A stretch of DNA of 63,008 bases, counting the filler, from Folioceros fuciformis (Eukaryota): NCBI GenBank assembly GCA_049999805.1. It is 5 parts of 5 records of this genome, joined end to end, with 100 filler letters (N's around TTAATTAATTAA, not from the genome) between each part and the next. Parts side by side here need not be neighbours in the genome. Positions count along the whole stretch, not along the records: positions 18,282 to 42,089 come from JBNGIO010006047.1; 4 more parts are not named here. One strand, 5' to 3'. The position numbers were made by a program, and so were the translations under genes. The notes beneath the pieces were generated by a model. The model saw nothing but the letters and a program-made list of their open reading frames with translations. It made no database searches and was not told the origin of the DNA. Positions 24,788 through 37,898 of the stretch are shown one piece after another. Numbering within the stretch: position 1 is the first letter of the stretch; each line of letters opens with the position of its first letter.

Positions 24788-25132
24788 CTCCCACTTAGCC
24801 AGCATTACCCTAGTTAGGGTTTGTAACCATGAATATTCGCTTCGCGCCAGCAGCTGCTCACAGTCGATGGCGGAGCTCGCAGCCGTAATCCTAGCACTGG
24901 CGATGATTCTTTGTGCTTGGATCCTCCGCCGCTATGGTACACTCCCTGTTGGTGTTTTTCTGCAATTCCTTCCACTACAGCTTATGTAGGTTGAGTTCCT
25001 GACTGCATGCCTCCGTCCTACGCAGAGCCTTGGTGGCGCTGCACCACAGAGATGCCATCCAGGAAATTTCATCCTTCGTGAGGTGCTGCATGGTTAGAAT
25101 CAGGGTGCTAGCTAGATGGACAATACTGGTGT

Positions 25133-28100
25133 TCAGGACTCAGGGTCCTCAACTGACCCCATTGCAGCTGCGAATTTTTCATGCTTCTCTCTGGGAAGTG
25201 CCTTTGTGAGCAGGTCTGCAATGTTGTCATGTGTGGACACGAATGGTAGGTTTGCATGTCCTTCGCTTACCACTTGCCTTATAAAGTGGTGCTTGATGTC
25301 TATATGCTTTGTTTTGGCGTGCAGGACAAGGTTCTGGGTAAGTGCTATGGCTGACTGATTATCGCTCAGGAGGAGTGTTGGTGATGTTTGACCTTCACCA
25401 AGGGATGCCAGTAGCTCCCTACCATGAATAATGTCCTGCGCTGCTATCGTTGCCGAGATGTATTCTGCCTCAGTGGAGGATAGTGCCACCACTGGTTGTT
25501 TCTTACTATGCCATGATATGATGGTAGCTTGTGTCTCATCTTGTCCTAGCATTAAACAATGTGCAGATATGGAGCGGCAGCTGTCTGAATCAGCCGCCCA
25601 GTCAGCATCAGAGTAACAGGTCAGCTACAAGTTACTTGGTCTTTGCTTGTATAGTAGTCCAAGTTTAGGAGTGCCACCAAGATACCGCATGCATCTTTGG
25701 ACTGCTAGCCAGTGTGCTGGTCCATAATTTGAAAGAAACTGTGAGGTCACACCCATAGTGTGTGAGAGCTCAGGGCGTGTCCAGTTGCGGAAGTAGATAA
25801 GTACTCCCACTGCAGGCCTGTACGGAGTCTTCTCCATTTGCATGCGTTCCTTCTCATTTTGTGGACATTGCTCCAGTGTAAGCTTCTCACCCGTTGCCAT
25901 TGGTGTTGCAACAGGTGTGGCATTTTGCATTATGAAGCGTGCAAGGACTTGGACGACAAACTATGCCTGATGGATGAAAATGGTGTGCTTACCCAGGTTT
26001 TGACAAATCTGGATGCCTAAGAACCAAGTGAGCTGTCCTAAATCCGTCATAGAAAACTCTGATGTGAGTATACTCTTGACTTTGTTCATCTGTGATGGGT
26101 TACTGGATATGATAACGGCATCATCTACATACAGTGCAAGGTAAGCCACTCCATTTTGGTCATGCAACTTATAGACATTTGAGTCTGCTGTGCTTTGTAC
26201 AAAACCACACTTCTTTAGATAGGTATCTATTCTCTTGTACCACTCACGTGGTGACTGCTTTAACCCGTAAAGTGTTTTGATAAGTCTACATACCTTATTT
26301 GGATGCTTTGGGTCAACGTACCCCTCAGGCTGACGCATGTAACTTGCTTCTTCCATGTCTCCATTCAAGAAGGCGGTTTTTACATCCATGTGTTGCAGTA
26401 GATAATCATGTTGTGCTGCAATCGCCAGCAAGGTGCGAATGGATGTAGCTCGGACCACCGGAGAGAATGTTTCTGAGTAGTCAAGCCCTTCGACTTGGCT
26501 GTAGCCTCGAGCGACCAGCCTGGCCTTGCATCTTGCTAAAGTCCCGTCGGCAGCTTTCTTTAGCTTGAATACCCACTTACATGTCATTGCTTTCCTTCCA
26601 GGTGGCAAGTCTTCAAGTACCCAAGTCTTGTTATCCATGATAGATTTGTATTCTAACTCTATGGCCTCATGCCACTTGGCCTTGTCAGGTGAGTTTATAG
26701 CTTCCTGATAGGTTTGAGGCTCACCCATGTCAATTGGCATGTCCTCTTGTACTAGGAAGCTTTGATAGGAGAGCGGAGGTGTGTTCCACTCATAAGGTGA
26801 TGCAGTGTGATGCCTGGAACTGCGTCGAGGAGCTTCCTCTACCTCAGGTGCTATTTCTTCTTGCTGTACAGTGGCCTCTGAAGGTGATGCAATATCTGAC
26901 GCTTCGTTATAGCTTTCATTCATGTCTTCGACTTCATCTTCCGGGAAGTCAGAAGGCTCTTCTTCACTGTCACTATCTAGCTGCAGGATAGTGGATGCTA
27001 TAGGGTGTACAGGCTGAGAGGAAGGGGTACTATGAGATGTGATTGTGAACTCGCCATCATCACTTGTATCTTCGTGATCTTCAGGTTGGGCATCTAATCT
27101 TGGCTGACTCACTGCAGGGGTAAGTAGCAGTTTTTCATTGAACACTACACTACGTGCATGAACTGTTGTTCTAGTCTGTGGATCTAGAAGCTTGTAGCCT
27201 TTTATCCCTTCAGTGTACCCGACAAAAACATACTTCCTTGCTTTGTAATCTAACTTAACTCGTTGTGTTTCTGCAAGGTGAGCATATGCAGGGGAGCCAA
27301 AAATACGAAGGTGGTTAATGCGAGGCTTGTGATTAGTCCATCTCTCAAAAGGTGTAGACCCACTAAATTCTTTGGTAGGCAGCCAATTCCTTATGTATGC
27401 TGCTATTACTACGGCTTCACCCCAATAGCCTCGTGTGAGGCCAGACACCTTAAGCATGGCCTTGGCTGCTGACTGAAGATGCTTGTTATTGAGCTCGGCC
27501 AGAGGATTTTGGGAGGACGTATAAGGTACAGTTAGCTGCCTATGTATCCCCAGCTCCTTACAATAATCCTGAAATGCTCCTGAGATGTATTCCCCGCTGT
27601 TGTCACTGCACAGGGTTTTTAACTGCTCTCTAGTTTGCCTATGGGCAAAGGAAACATATTCCTTGAAGCAGCCAAGGTTTGGCTTTCATGCTTGAGAAGG
27701 TAAAGAACCACATACCTACTCCAGTCGTCGATAAAAGAGAGAATGTACAATGCGCCTCCCAAGGTTGCTGTGGACATGGGACCGCAAAGGTCAGTATGTA
27801 CAACCTCAAGGAGTTTAGTGGCTCTTGTTGGGTTGTCATCTATGTACGGAAGGCGTTGGTGCTTCCCATAGACACATGCCTCACGGAACTGCTTATCAGC
27901 AAACTGGAGCATGAACTTTTCTCGGTAAAGTGTATTGCTGGCCACCATTGTCTTTAATTTGTCAAAGTTGGCATGGCCCAGCCAACAATGCCATAACATG
28001 GCTACATCCTTTTGCTTGGTCTCTTGACTGACGTGGACTTGTGCACATGCAAGAGGGAGACCATGATTAGAGGTGATGTTGAGTTGATACAGATCGTGAA

Positions 28101-29389
28101 ATGGTGCTCCTGTAGCTAACACCTTGTTTTTGTGTGTGGGGTCAGTGACTAGACACTTGAGACCCGTGAAGGAGACATTTAATGTGTGCTGTCTAGTCAA
28201 CTTACGAACTAACACAAGGTTCTTCACCATGGAAGGTACGTGCAACACATCCTCTAACACCACTGTGGTGTTATCACTCAACATGATAGGAACTGACCCG
28301 GTGCCCTCTATTTGTAGGCCACTGTCATCGCCAAGAAGAACAAACTGACAAGGTGGAATGGACCTATATTCAGCAAAAGACTTCTTGCAATGGCATATAT
28401 GAGCAGACGCACCTGAGTCTATGAACCATACGTGCTTATTCGACGCAGTTGAGACCATGCATACAGCTAAGATAGGATTTCCCTTACGCTGTACAACATT
28501 AGATGCTAGTGGTGCCATCCGCCTTGGCTCACCTGCCTTCTTTTTCCGACAATCAGCTTCCCAATGGCCAGGAATGAGACACCAATTGTAGGGTCCCTTC
28601 TTTTTAGCTGATGGAGCTTGAAATGGGCGATTCTTAAAACCTGTGTTGTTGTTTGGTGTCCAAGACTGCCTCGGTGGTTGTCTCTTGGGACCCTGTTCGC
28701 ATATAGCGCCCTTGTTGAAGACTTTCCTCGGGAGGTGCCACCTTGATTCACAGTTCTGGTTGACTCTTCTTCGAGAAGAGCTCCAATCACTTCCGCCAAT
28801 GTAACATCAGGTGGCTGGCCTGGCGGAGCATTCTGTGCTGCAAGGTGCAAGGCAGAACTCTGGTTGCTTACAAAGGTGCGGTAGCTAGGAGGAAGAGAGA
28901 GAAGGAGGGCAACTGCTGCCTGCATCTCCGTGGTCCTCGTCCCGCTAGAGGTAAGTTTGGAACGTAACTGTCGAAACTTCACCACATGTTGTTCTACTTG
29001 TTCATTCTCATGCATCTTACAAGTATAAAATGCTCTTGTAGCTCCAACTAGAGATGAGCCATTGTTTACTTGATAAGTATGTGTAAGTGAGTCCCATGCT
29101 TCTTTTGTGTTCTCCATGTCTTGAGTGTGAGACATCATAGATCCATCCAGTGCGGACTGGATCACTCCAAGTGCTCTCAGGTCCAGCTTCTCCCAAGCCT
29201 CAATTTGTGCAGCAGATGAAGTAGCGGCACTGGCTTAGGTACAGTTCCAGTGACAACTCCCCACAGGCCATTCTCTTTCAGAATTATCTGGACTGTAAGT
29301 GACCAAATGTCGAACTGTGACCCTGAGAAGCGGTCTTTTTCTTTGAAATCTATCTTTAAGTTGGTGATAACTGGAGCCGGATTGGCCAT
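25133..29389 (-). pseudogene. gag-pol of copia B (frameshifted)
   Basis: Gag KDRFSGSQFDIW, protease WFIDSGASAH, integrase VHTDLCGP, RT HMDVKTAFLNG and LYVDD, RNase H LSSTEAEY / KHIDIKHHF. Confidence 0.93.
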
Positions 29390-30607
29390 GTTTACTAAGA
29401 TTTGATTTGCAAGTGTGGCTGCTACTAATTCAACTTGCTTCTTCCGTGCATCTGCAAGTGTCTTCCTAAGACGTGCTCTTTGGATGTGATCAAGGGCTGG
29501 ATCTACTTTAGGTGTACTACTGCCTTGTAAAGATGAAGCAGAGAAGAGAGAGAGCGGGTCTGAAGGATTAGGTGGAGGTGAGCTGCCCCTACTTCTACCA
29601 CGACCCTTACTCTTTGGCTTGCCTGTGCCTTTACCACTTTCTTTCCCTTTATCAGTCCAACTCCCATGTATAGCCTTACAAAACTTCAGCGGTTCCAAGC
29701 CCAACCAGTCCTGCTTGCTTGGCGCAGCATTGATGAGTTGCTCACACTGTTTGAATCATTCTCATGATAGGTGTTCCTTGTTTTGGTTTTTGCTGTGAGG
29801 TATGAACCGGTGCATCTGAGATTTGAATCGGCGTACTCAAGATTTGGAATGGCGTGATCGCCGCGCAGGCTCCTGGATAGAATTCTTCAAAGACGTTTGC
29901 AACAAATTCTTAATGTGCCTAGAGAGAGTCCTAATGTGAGTACTAGGACCTGTAATATCACTGGACAAATTGACAGATCGCTGGCAAACTTGCTTTGCGT
30001 GGTCTTTCAACAATGCGGCTACACGAGCATTCTGCGACTTAATCAGGTCGTACACCTCTACTAAAAGCTCATCAGTTGGTGTAGAATATGCATTAAAGTC
30101 ATAGGACTTGGGACGTGCAAGCTCGAGTGCTCTCTCTCAGAAATTGTGCGTGCGTTTTGAAAATTTTCCCTGATTTGACTTCTAAGTGAGGCAAGTGGAT
30201 CTGGTTTCTGGTGTCGCTGGCAAGATTGTATTGTGCGACGCCTATACTGACGCCTGTGATCATTGTGTGTGTGCGGAGGGTTGAAATTGCAGTGGGTGGC
30301 AAAGAAACGGTGCAGGTTCTGCAAGTGGATTTCCTCCAGCGCACCGTGGCGGCCAAGGAAGGGATCTGTTGGCGGCTGCTTGCCTCTACCTCGCGCTCTC
30401 GGCATAGCGCGCAATCAGTCGTAGTAGTGGCTGACTACGTCTGCAAGGAACGCGTCAGCCATCGCGCCAAACCTGATGAGTGACACACGAAGTGCTGAGA
30501 TTGCCACACGGAATTCCTTGTGGCTTAGATTCCTGATGCAGTTCCAACTCTTGCAGGTTTCACAAGCGCGCGGTGGCGGCGCATCCTCCATCACCGCTCT
30601 GATACCA

Positions 30608-30872
30608 TATAAACTAGGATCGAGGAGGCTGAGTGATAGAACAAGCATGTAGAGAATAGAAGAGAGTATATTCTTTACTTAGGCCGTGTGGCCTTATATA
30701 GGACTGAAACGATTATGTCATGTGAATGTGAACGGTACGGCGATTAAGTTTTTGGATCGCCGACCCTTGTGTGTGCCGATATGAATTAGTCAATTCATAT
30801 CTATGTACTCATTAGTCCTATTTAATATTAATGCTGGATATAATAATAATAAGCCTATTTATTCTACCAATA
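30608..30872 (-). repeat. 5' LTR of copia B
   Basis: Immediately followed on the minus strand by a tRNA-iMet PBS. Confidence 0.95.
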
Positions 30873-33071
30873 TCTTGAAGCAACAACCAAGCGGAGGCTT
30901 ATTATAGCAACTATCAAGGAGAGTGTCTGGCTGTGGTGTGGGTAGTCTCCCATTTCAAGCCATACCTATATGGGAAGGCCTTCACTTTGGTAACCGATTA
31001 TCAGCCTTGAAGTGGCTTATGACAAACACCAAGTTGAGTGGCAAGTTAGCTCGGTGGGCTATGATCCTACAAGATTATGAGTTTCAGGTGTACACCAGCC
31101 GGGAAACAAGCACCAAAACACCAACACCCTGTCCCGAAACCTGGGATATAGCTATGAGGACATCACTGAAGGACACCAAGATTCATATTTCAATGAGGGT
31201 GAGACTGTCCCATTGGCAGCTCTTGTGGCCATGACCTGTTTGGGACTGTTAGAGATAGCTGCTAGTGAGAAACGTCCTAAAGACATTTGGGAGGACAAGG
31301 AAGTGCTGGCCTTTTTGTAGACAAGTCAGCTAAATGCATCACTATTGCAGCTGAAACAAGATTAGATTCGTAACCATACCTCACTCTTCTACTGGCGGGA
31401 TGGGCATTTGCTGAGGAAGATGAGCAATGGGTTTGGTGTGCTTAGCGCCTCCATTAGAAGAGAAGGAGTAGATAATTCAGAGGGTCCACAATGACATGGG
31501 ACACTTTGGAGTTAAGCAAACTTACAACCTGCTTGTTGTGGTGCTCTCCTTCTTTGGTTAGGTGGAGTTGGTCCAGGCTTATGTGAGTGAGCGAGTGAGT
31601 GAGTGTGCGAGGGAAGGCATCGCACAAATGGGGTGGAGAGACAGTCCGACTGGCCTGACTAGGCTGCCAACAAGGGAGACGTCGACAATTCACTAGCTAC
31701 TACCTTGCCCCAATCTACAGGGGACCCCTAAGCTAGACCATACAGAAGCATTAACACTCCATCTGCCACATTGTTCGTCTTGTTGAACAGGAGCCAATTG
31801 ACGGTAAGGCATGCTACTCCCTGAATCCTTAAATCCTCTATGTCGTGAATCAACCACCAGTGTTCTTGAAAGATATGTCTGTCAAGAGTGCTTTGGTAGC
31901 CTCCTTGACCAAAGCCTTATTTCACTACAAGTTCAAATAAAGCCCTCCGTGCTTCGAGGTCGGCCACTAGTAGACTTCCCGCATCTTGGTGGACTCCTAC
32001 TTTCCCCACGTGCAACACCAAAGAGTTTGAGCAAATTCCTCGATTGCTGTTGTTGATTGGATCTTCCAAGGGAACCAGAATAGGCTCAACTCCCACTCGT
32101 CCATCAGGTCGCTAGCAGCCGTCATCCAAGGTGCAAAATTCAGGTACGCCCGCATCTGCATCTCGTCTTCGTTGATCCATAAGGCATTGCTGGCTTTGAG
32201 AAATTATCCTGGCGCCATTTGTGGGGAGGAAGTGGAGCAAGGGAAGAATGGGGGAAAAGAGGTGAGCAAGGTACTAGATCGCTAATGGAGTGGAGTAGTC
32301 GCATGAGAGGACAAGCAAGGAGTCGGACTGGCGATGGACTTTCGAATGGCGCTAGAGGAGGTGAGTTATGGGGAGGGAGGGCGCGCTAGCAACATAACAT
32401 CACAATACCTTAGTGTAAGAGCTTATGCTGCTGCTTCTGCCACCACTGCCATTGTCTAGAGGTGGTTACGCTCACTCATCCTCATGATGACAAGTACGTC
32501 GGACGTTGATCCGATCTTGAGTTGCTTCAGTCCACTTGCCAACTGGCTCGGTTCAAACCACTGAGTCCGACATGCCTCAAACTCCGAGGATCTGTAAGTA
32601 ATTACTAAGAAGGGGTTATTCATGCTTAAAAGAAAAGCAAAAACACACATAGGACTCTACTCCAATGAAGGGTTCATCGGCCCACCAGAGTACTACTTCG
32701 GTGTTTTGGTGCTCACATTGGTCATCCTCTTTCATATGTTGTAGCATTTTTTTGGCAAAGGGTTTCCATTGCTTTACAACAGCGTTGGCGAATAATGCCA
32801 TATACAAGACAACAACGTTGGCATGTGAGGCGGTGTCAACAACTCCAGTAGTAGGTAGACCCTTTCTTCTCCTTGACCATGATGTTTTAGGTGCTATTGG
32901 AAGTTATTAGGCTTCAAGGGAGTAGCCCCTAGTTTCCTACCATGGTTTATATCTCTCTCTAGGGGTAGATGGGTTTTTCCATCTTGATTTTCAAAAATAA
33001 ATAAGTTCATTCTTTAAATTCAAAACCTCTATGTATCTTAAGGAAAAAAGGTTATGGGATTATGGTTACAA

Positions 33072-33225
33072 TTGAAAGTAAGTATCTTGAGAAAGTTTTC
33101 ATAAATTAGGTTGAAAGTAAGTACCTTGAGAAAGTTTTCATACATTGGATTGAAAGTAAGTATCTTGAAAAAGTTTTCACAAACTAGATTGAGAGTAAAT
33201 ATTTTGAGAAAATTTTCATTAATCG
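33072..33225. repeat. 39-bp tandem repeat, 4 diverged copies
   Basis: ttgaaagtaagtatcttgagaaagttttcat.. units start at 33072, 33111, 33150, 33189. Confidence 0.88.
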
Positions 33226-33371
33226 AGTTTGAACTCAAAACCTCCCATGCATCAAATGAAACACCAACTATTACACCATTTCCCATACTCATACACTTTA
33301 AAGTCATTGTTAAATTATATACACGCTAAAAGAATGCATGGGCCTAGGGGAGAGTGTGCTTGTAGGATATC

Positions 33372-33560
33372 AATGCAGAGCGCACCAATCCACCGGCACA
33401 CTCTGATGTTGGTGTGGAGTGTATCGATAGTTCAAAGCACTCTAAAGTCAATGTGGAATGGATCGGTAAACCAATGCACTCTGATGTTGGTGCAAAGTGC
33501 GTCAATCTACCAACGCACTGTGATGTTAGTGCAGAGTACCCTGGTTCACCAGTGCATCCT
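33372..33560. repeat. Degenerate ~39-bp tandem repeat, about 5 copies
   Basis: Recurring gtgcagag...cactctgatgttg motif. Confidence 0.65.
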
Positions 33561-34799
33561 GCACTTATTGTGTCTAGAAATTGTGATATTAGTAAACTAA
33601 AAAAATTTGTGTAAAACTCAAAAGCGTGAAAAATGACATATAGAGAGATACAACAAGGAGCATATTTATTTGAGTAATTTCAAGCCCCTGTTTTTCCTTT
33701 GTTTGAAAAACCTCACTTAGGTTGCAAGACTAGTTATTTATCTTGATTTTTTTTCATTTTCGACTACCACAAAATACCCGCATAAATGATGGACACAGAC
33801 ATATATACACATTTTTTTAAGGGCTCTAGTAAGAACAAATTAAAGATATCTATAATACCTACAATGTATATGATACTTCTCTTCAATTGTACATAACAAT
33901 ATGTAGTATGGTGATCATGATTAATATGAAAAAATCATTATGGTTATCATTTTATAGTACTTATATTGGTTTTAATAGTCTTTGAACTAATAAATGAAAA
34001 TCTTAGATGGTGGAGTTAATATTCAAGAAGCTTGATTTATTTGAAACTTTTTCATTGCAACCGCTAAAGTTCCGAGCCTTTGTTCGAGGGGTAAGTCAAA
34101 CTATAAGACCTTACGTTAAGCTAGTAAGACTCACAAACCATAAGAGCCCAGATTCTATGTCCCATGTATGATGTTATTAGTCTACTTCTACCAACATTCT
34201 ATATTCAAGACAAATGTTTTGCTAGATATTTGGATATGTCTAACTTATAGTAGACATAGAATTTTGTTCAAAATAATTATTATTTATTGAGCTAGTTATG
34301 CATATAAATACTTATTTATAAGGGTTGTTTCTGTTATAGATATGAAAAACAGAGTTTCGACTGTGATAAGGTTCCACTTGTCTTGGCTAATTCTTTGACC
34401 TCTTTTCACCTCACATGTAGCTGTGAAGCTATCATTAATGACTCTAGGTATCATTTGTTCACTTTGCAAAGAGCACCAACTAGACAACTAACACAATTTA
34501 TAGGATGGCTATGAGCTAAACACTAGTGACTTCTTCAACATCATTGGCAAGTAGGCTACTATTCCTCTAAGACATCCTTCAAGATGTCCTTTAGGTGCTC
34601 CTTTAACATCCTTCATACCCTTCCCCCCTCCCATTCTCCTCTGTTGCTATCTAGTTCCCCATCCAACTCCTATCCCCCTGCCCCGCTTCTTGCTACCTTT
34701 CTTCCATCCAGCAAGGAAGAGGCGGCGTCCGCAAGAACTTTGAAGATCAGGCATCCTTCAAAGTTTCTGGATAGTTTAAGAGGTGGTAGATACTTGTGG

Positions 34800-36680
34800 T
34801 GGTAGGGTCAGCAGGTTGTAGGGCCAGCTCATTGGTGGTAGGATGTGCTAGGAAAGTCTAAATAAGTGGTCGGTGGCAACCAGCTAGGCTAGTGGTTCTA
34901 TTAAAATAATATTTGTCAAGATAGAGAGAGGTGAAGTCAGAGAGAGAGAGGCTCCTATAAGATCAGGTGAGCTTGTAGGAGGCAAATTGTCACTTTACGA
35001 GTTCTCTCAGGCTGTCCTTGCTTGGATACAGCAGTGCATGCTGGCTGTACATGTGTGCAATGTCTGGTAAAGCTTTGAGAAGTGGTGGCTAGGGTTAAGG
35101 ACGGGGTCCCTTTTAATTCTTGATCGTGCTCTCCATGTCGTGCTCCCATGATTTTTCTCTTTTCCTTTGAGGGCTAGAGTGAGTGCCGACCATGCTTGCA
35201 TGGTGTCTCGTAGGATCGTGGGTGGCGGCATGCTTTTCTTTGGGGTTAGTCTAGTGACTCTTGCCGGGTAGGGGGAGTCAGTAGGGATGTGTAGGAGGTA
35301 GTAGTGATGTTGCCGATTGCCTATTGCTGGCGAGTGGAGTGGAGTGGAGTGGAGTGGAGTGAGGGAAGTCGCAGATTTGAGAAGTTAGAGTCATTGTAGT
35401 GACTGAAGTGAGTTTGTGGGCACCGAGAGAGGTGCAGTTCACTGCTAAACAGTGAGGACTGTCCCACGCCTAATCGGAGCTAGAGGGGAGCCCTCGAATC
35501 CGTCATCGAGTCGATTGAGTCCGACCCTCCATCCAGAGCAGCTAGGAATCCCATCACTCCTTCGTGGGAACGAAACCCAATGTATCAATGACAGTGGGAT
35601 AAATGTGGCCGCTAAAGGTTAAACCCGTTGGCAAACAGTGCCCGGGGTTTTGCCACCACAGGAACCGTTAGGGAGAGGCTGCCAGAGTGAAGGTGACCGG
35701 TCCAGAGACAACCTCGACTGCCATGGGAACAGTGGTAGGAGAAGCCTTTGCAGACAGCCACTCAATGATAAGAAGGGGGCGCCCACCAGATCTGGAAGAG
35801 TAGTCAACAGCTAACAATTAGCAAGGGTTGTTGGTAGGGTTAGCAAGGGGGCTGGCGGCTCATCAAGTTGATGGTAGGGTAGACTAGTCTAGAATAATAG
35901 TGTCCTATAAACTATTGCTTTGGTTGTCGTCTCCTAATAGTTAACCTATAGAGAGAGGAAAGGGACTAGAGCTAGGAGTCTTGTATAAGAGGCTATGAGC
36001 CTCTAGAACTCGCTTGTCACTTAACGATCTCTCTCAAGCTATCCCTGCTTGGATGAAACAGTGTGTGCCGGCAGCATATGTTGTACAGCATATAATAAAG
36101 CTTTGAGAAGTAGTGGCCAAGGTTAAGGAATGGGTCCCTTTATTCTTTATCGTGCTCTCTGTGTCACATCCCCATGACATGTCATTCTTGTTTCCTCGTA
36201 GGGCTAGAGTGAGTGCCAACCACGCTTGCATGGTGTCTGGTGGGATCGTGGGTGGCGACTTGCTCTTCTTTGGGGTTAGTCTAGTTGAGTGACTCTTGCC
36301 GAGTTGGGGAATCAATAGGGAAGTGTAGAAGGTAGTGGTGTTGTTGCTAGTGTTGGTGCTGGAATGAGTGAGTGAGTGAGTGAGGGGAGTCGTAGACCTA
36401 AGAGGTTAGTGCCATTGTAGTGGCTAGAGTGAATTTGTGGGCACTGAGAGAGGTGCAGTCAACCATTGGACAACGAGGACTATCCCACGCCTGATCATAG
36501 CTCAAGAGGAGCCCTCAAATCCATCATCGAGTTGATTGAGTCTGACCCTCCATCCATAGTAGCGAGGAACCCCATCACTCCTTTGTAGGAACAAAATCCA
36601 ATGTCTCAATGACAGTGGAATAAGTGTGGACACTAAAGGTCAAACTCTTTGGCAAATAGTTGCCCTGGGTTTTGCCGCCA
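34800..36680. repeat. Diverged ~1-kb tandem duplication of a non-coding, probably TE-derived unit
   Basis: 34800-35660 aligns with 35833-36680 (shared gggctagagtgagtgcc, tcccacgcct, aatgacagtgg, ggttttgcc blocks); period about 1.02-1.03 kb. Confidence 0.85.
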
Positions 36681-36754
36681 CACTTGCAAAGCAAATTCAA
36701 AACTTTTCCTATGGTAATCCATGAGGAGGTCGAAGTGATATGTATGTGTAAGAA

Positions 36755-37898
36755 TGTTGAGGCATCCCCTCTCCCAACCTTCTCCCGTCCTGAGTATCAA
36801 GTACCCAGAAATGTGGAACACTTTATATAGGCACAAAATAGGAGGTTGTCTTGGGGTGACACCATCTCGAACAATCCCCTGCCTCGTGGCATCAGCATTA
36901 CAGTCGATAGGCGCACGCCTGTAGTGCTTCATGTTGATAGACGTGTGCCTGCATTTGACAGCCTGCAAGAATTAGAGCGTCAAGATCCTACCCTACACTA
37001 CAAACCAAGCGATTCACAACAATCTTAGAGATCTTAACATCTTGCCTCAGAGATCTTAACATCTTGCAATCCAAAATAGAAGATTTGGCAGTTCAACAAC
37101 CACGAATTGCATCAATTCTGGAGCGCGTGCTACTGGCTAGGGAGATTCGTCAACAAAATCTGGGCATCTATGCGCACAACCCTTCGAGATACGAACCGTT
37201 GTGATCAGGTCCCTATAAGGGATGTCCTCGTCACCATTCAGAGGATAAAGGTTTGGATTGTTGCAACCAGAGTTAGTGGCGCACCTGCACACAAAACGGT
37301 GCAAGTAAAGGTAACCTGAAGACTTTATAGAAAAAAAGAGATGGAAGTTCCATCTACCCCGTGACAAGGGGAACAACCTGCAATGGGGAAAGCTAAGAAC
37401 GGGGGCCTAAACCCCACGAAACGGTGCAAGTTAGGTGGCCACCTTTGGTTGACCCTAATTGACACTGAAACTAACTTGTGCCCCTTCATTTTGTGTTAAT
37501 GGGACATGCCACTTTACCTTTCATGCTACGGATTTGAGTAAGTTGTGATGGCATCTAGCAATCCTCCACCACCTCCTCTTGTTCCCACTATGCCAATACC
37601 TTCTTATACAGTGGACTTCAAGGCAAGGTGGTGTTTTAATGGAACCAAGTATGAAATCTGGCGAGTTCATAAGCGCTCAGCACTAAAAGCCAGTAGACAT
37701 CTGTAGCCGGTGGTTAGTGGTGTACTGAAAGACCCTCTCCCCACAAATCCACAAGATGAGATAGATAAATGGATCAACTTGAACAGCATAGCTCAAGCAA
37801 GTATAATCAGTGGATTGGATGAGGTAATTGTACTTGAGGTGGAATGCATTAAAAAAGCAGAAGAGATATGGATTCAACTGGCACAAGTGTATGCACAT
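36755..37898 (+). mobile_element. Copia element C 5' part: probable LTR (36755-37098), leader and gag start
   Basis: TGTTGA...TCAACA inverted ends; gag from 37548 (DFKARWCFNGTKYEIW..KAEEIWIQLAQVY) cut at 37898 by element D. No canonical PBS seen. Confidence 0.65.

Larger units (their letters stand above)
24523..30872 (-). mobile_element. Full-length Ty1/copia element B with both LTRs and TSD
   Basis: 265-bp LTRs at 24523-24787 and 30608-30872; TSD TCTTG on both sides; PBS TGGTATCAGAGC (30607-30596); PPT next to 24788; gag-PR-INT-RT-RH order with several frameshifts. Confidence 0.96.
24325..31560 (+). mobile_element. Decayed Ty3/gypsy pol fragment (RT end-RNase H-integrase start), split by copia B
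   Basis: [21 protein letters not shown] (to 24522) resumes at 30878 as SNNQAEAYYSNYQGECLAVVW..KLARWAMILQDYEF, then KDIWEDKEVLAFL and HNDMGHFGVKQTY. Confidence 0.88.
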
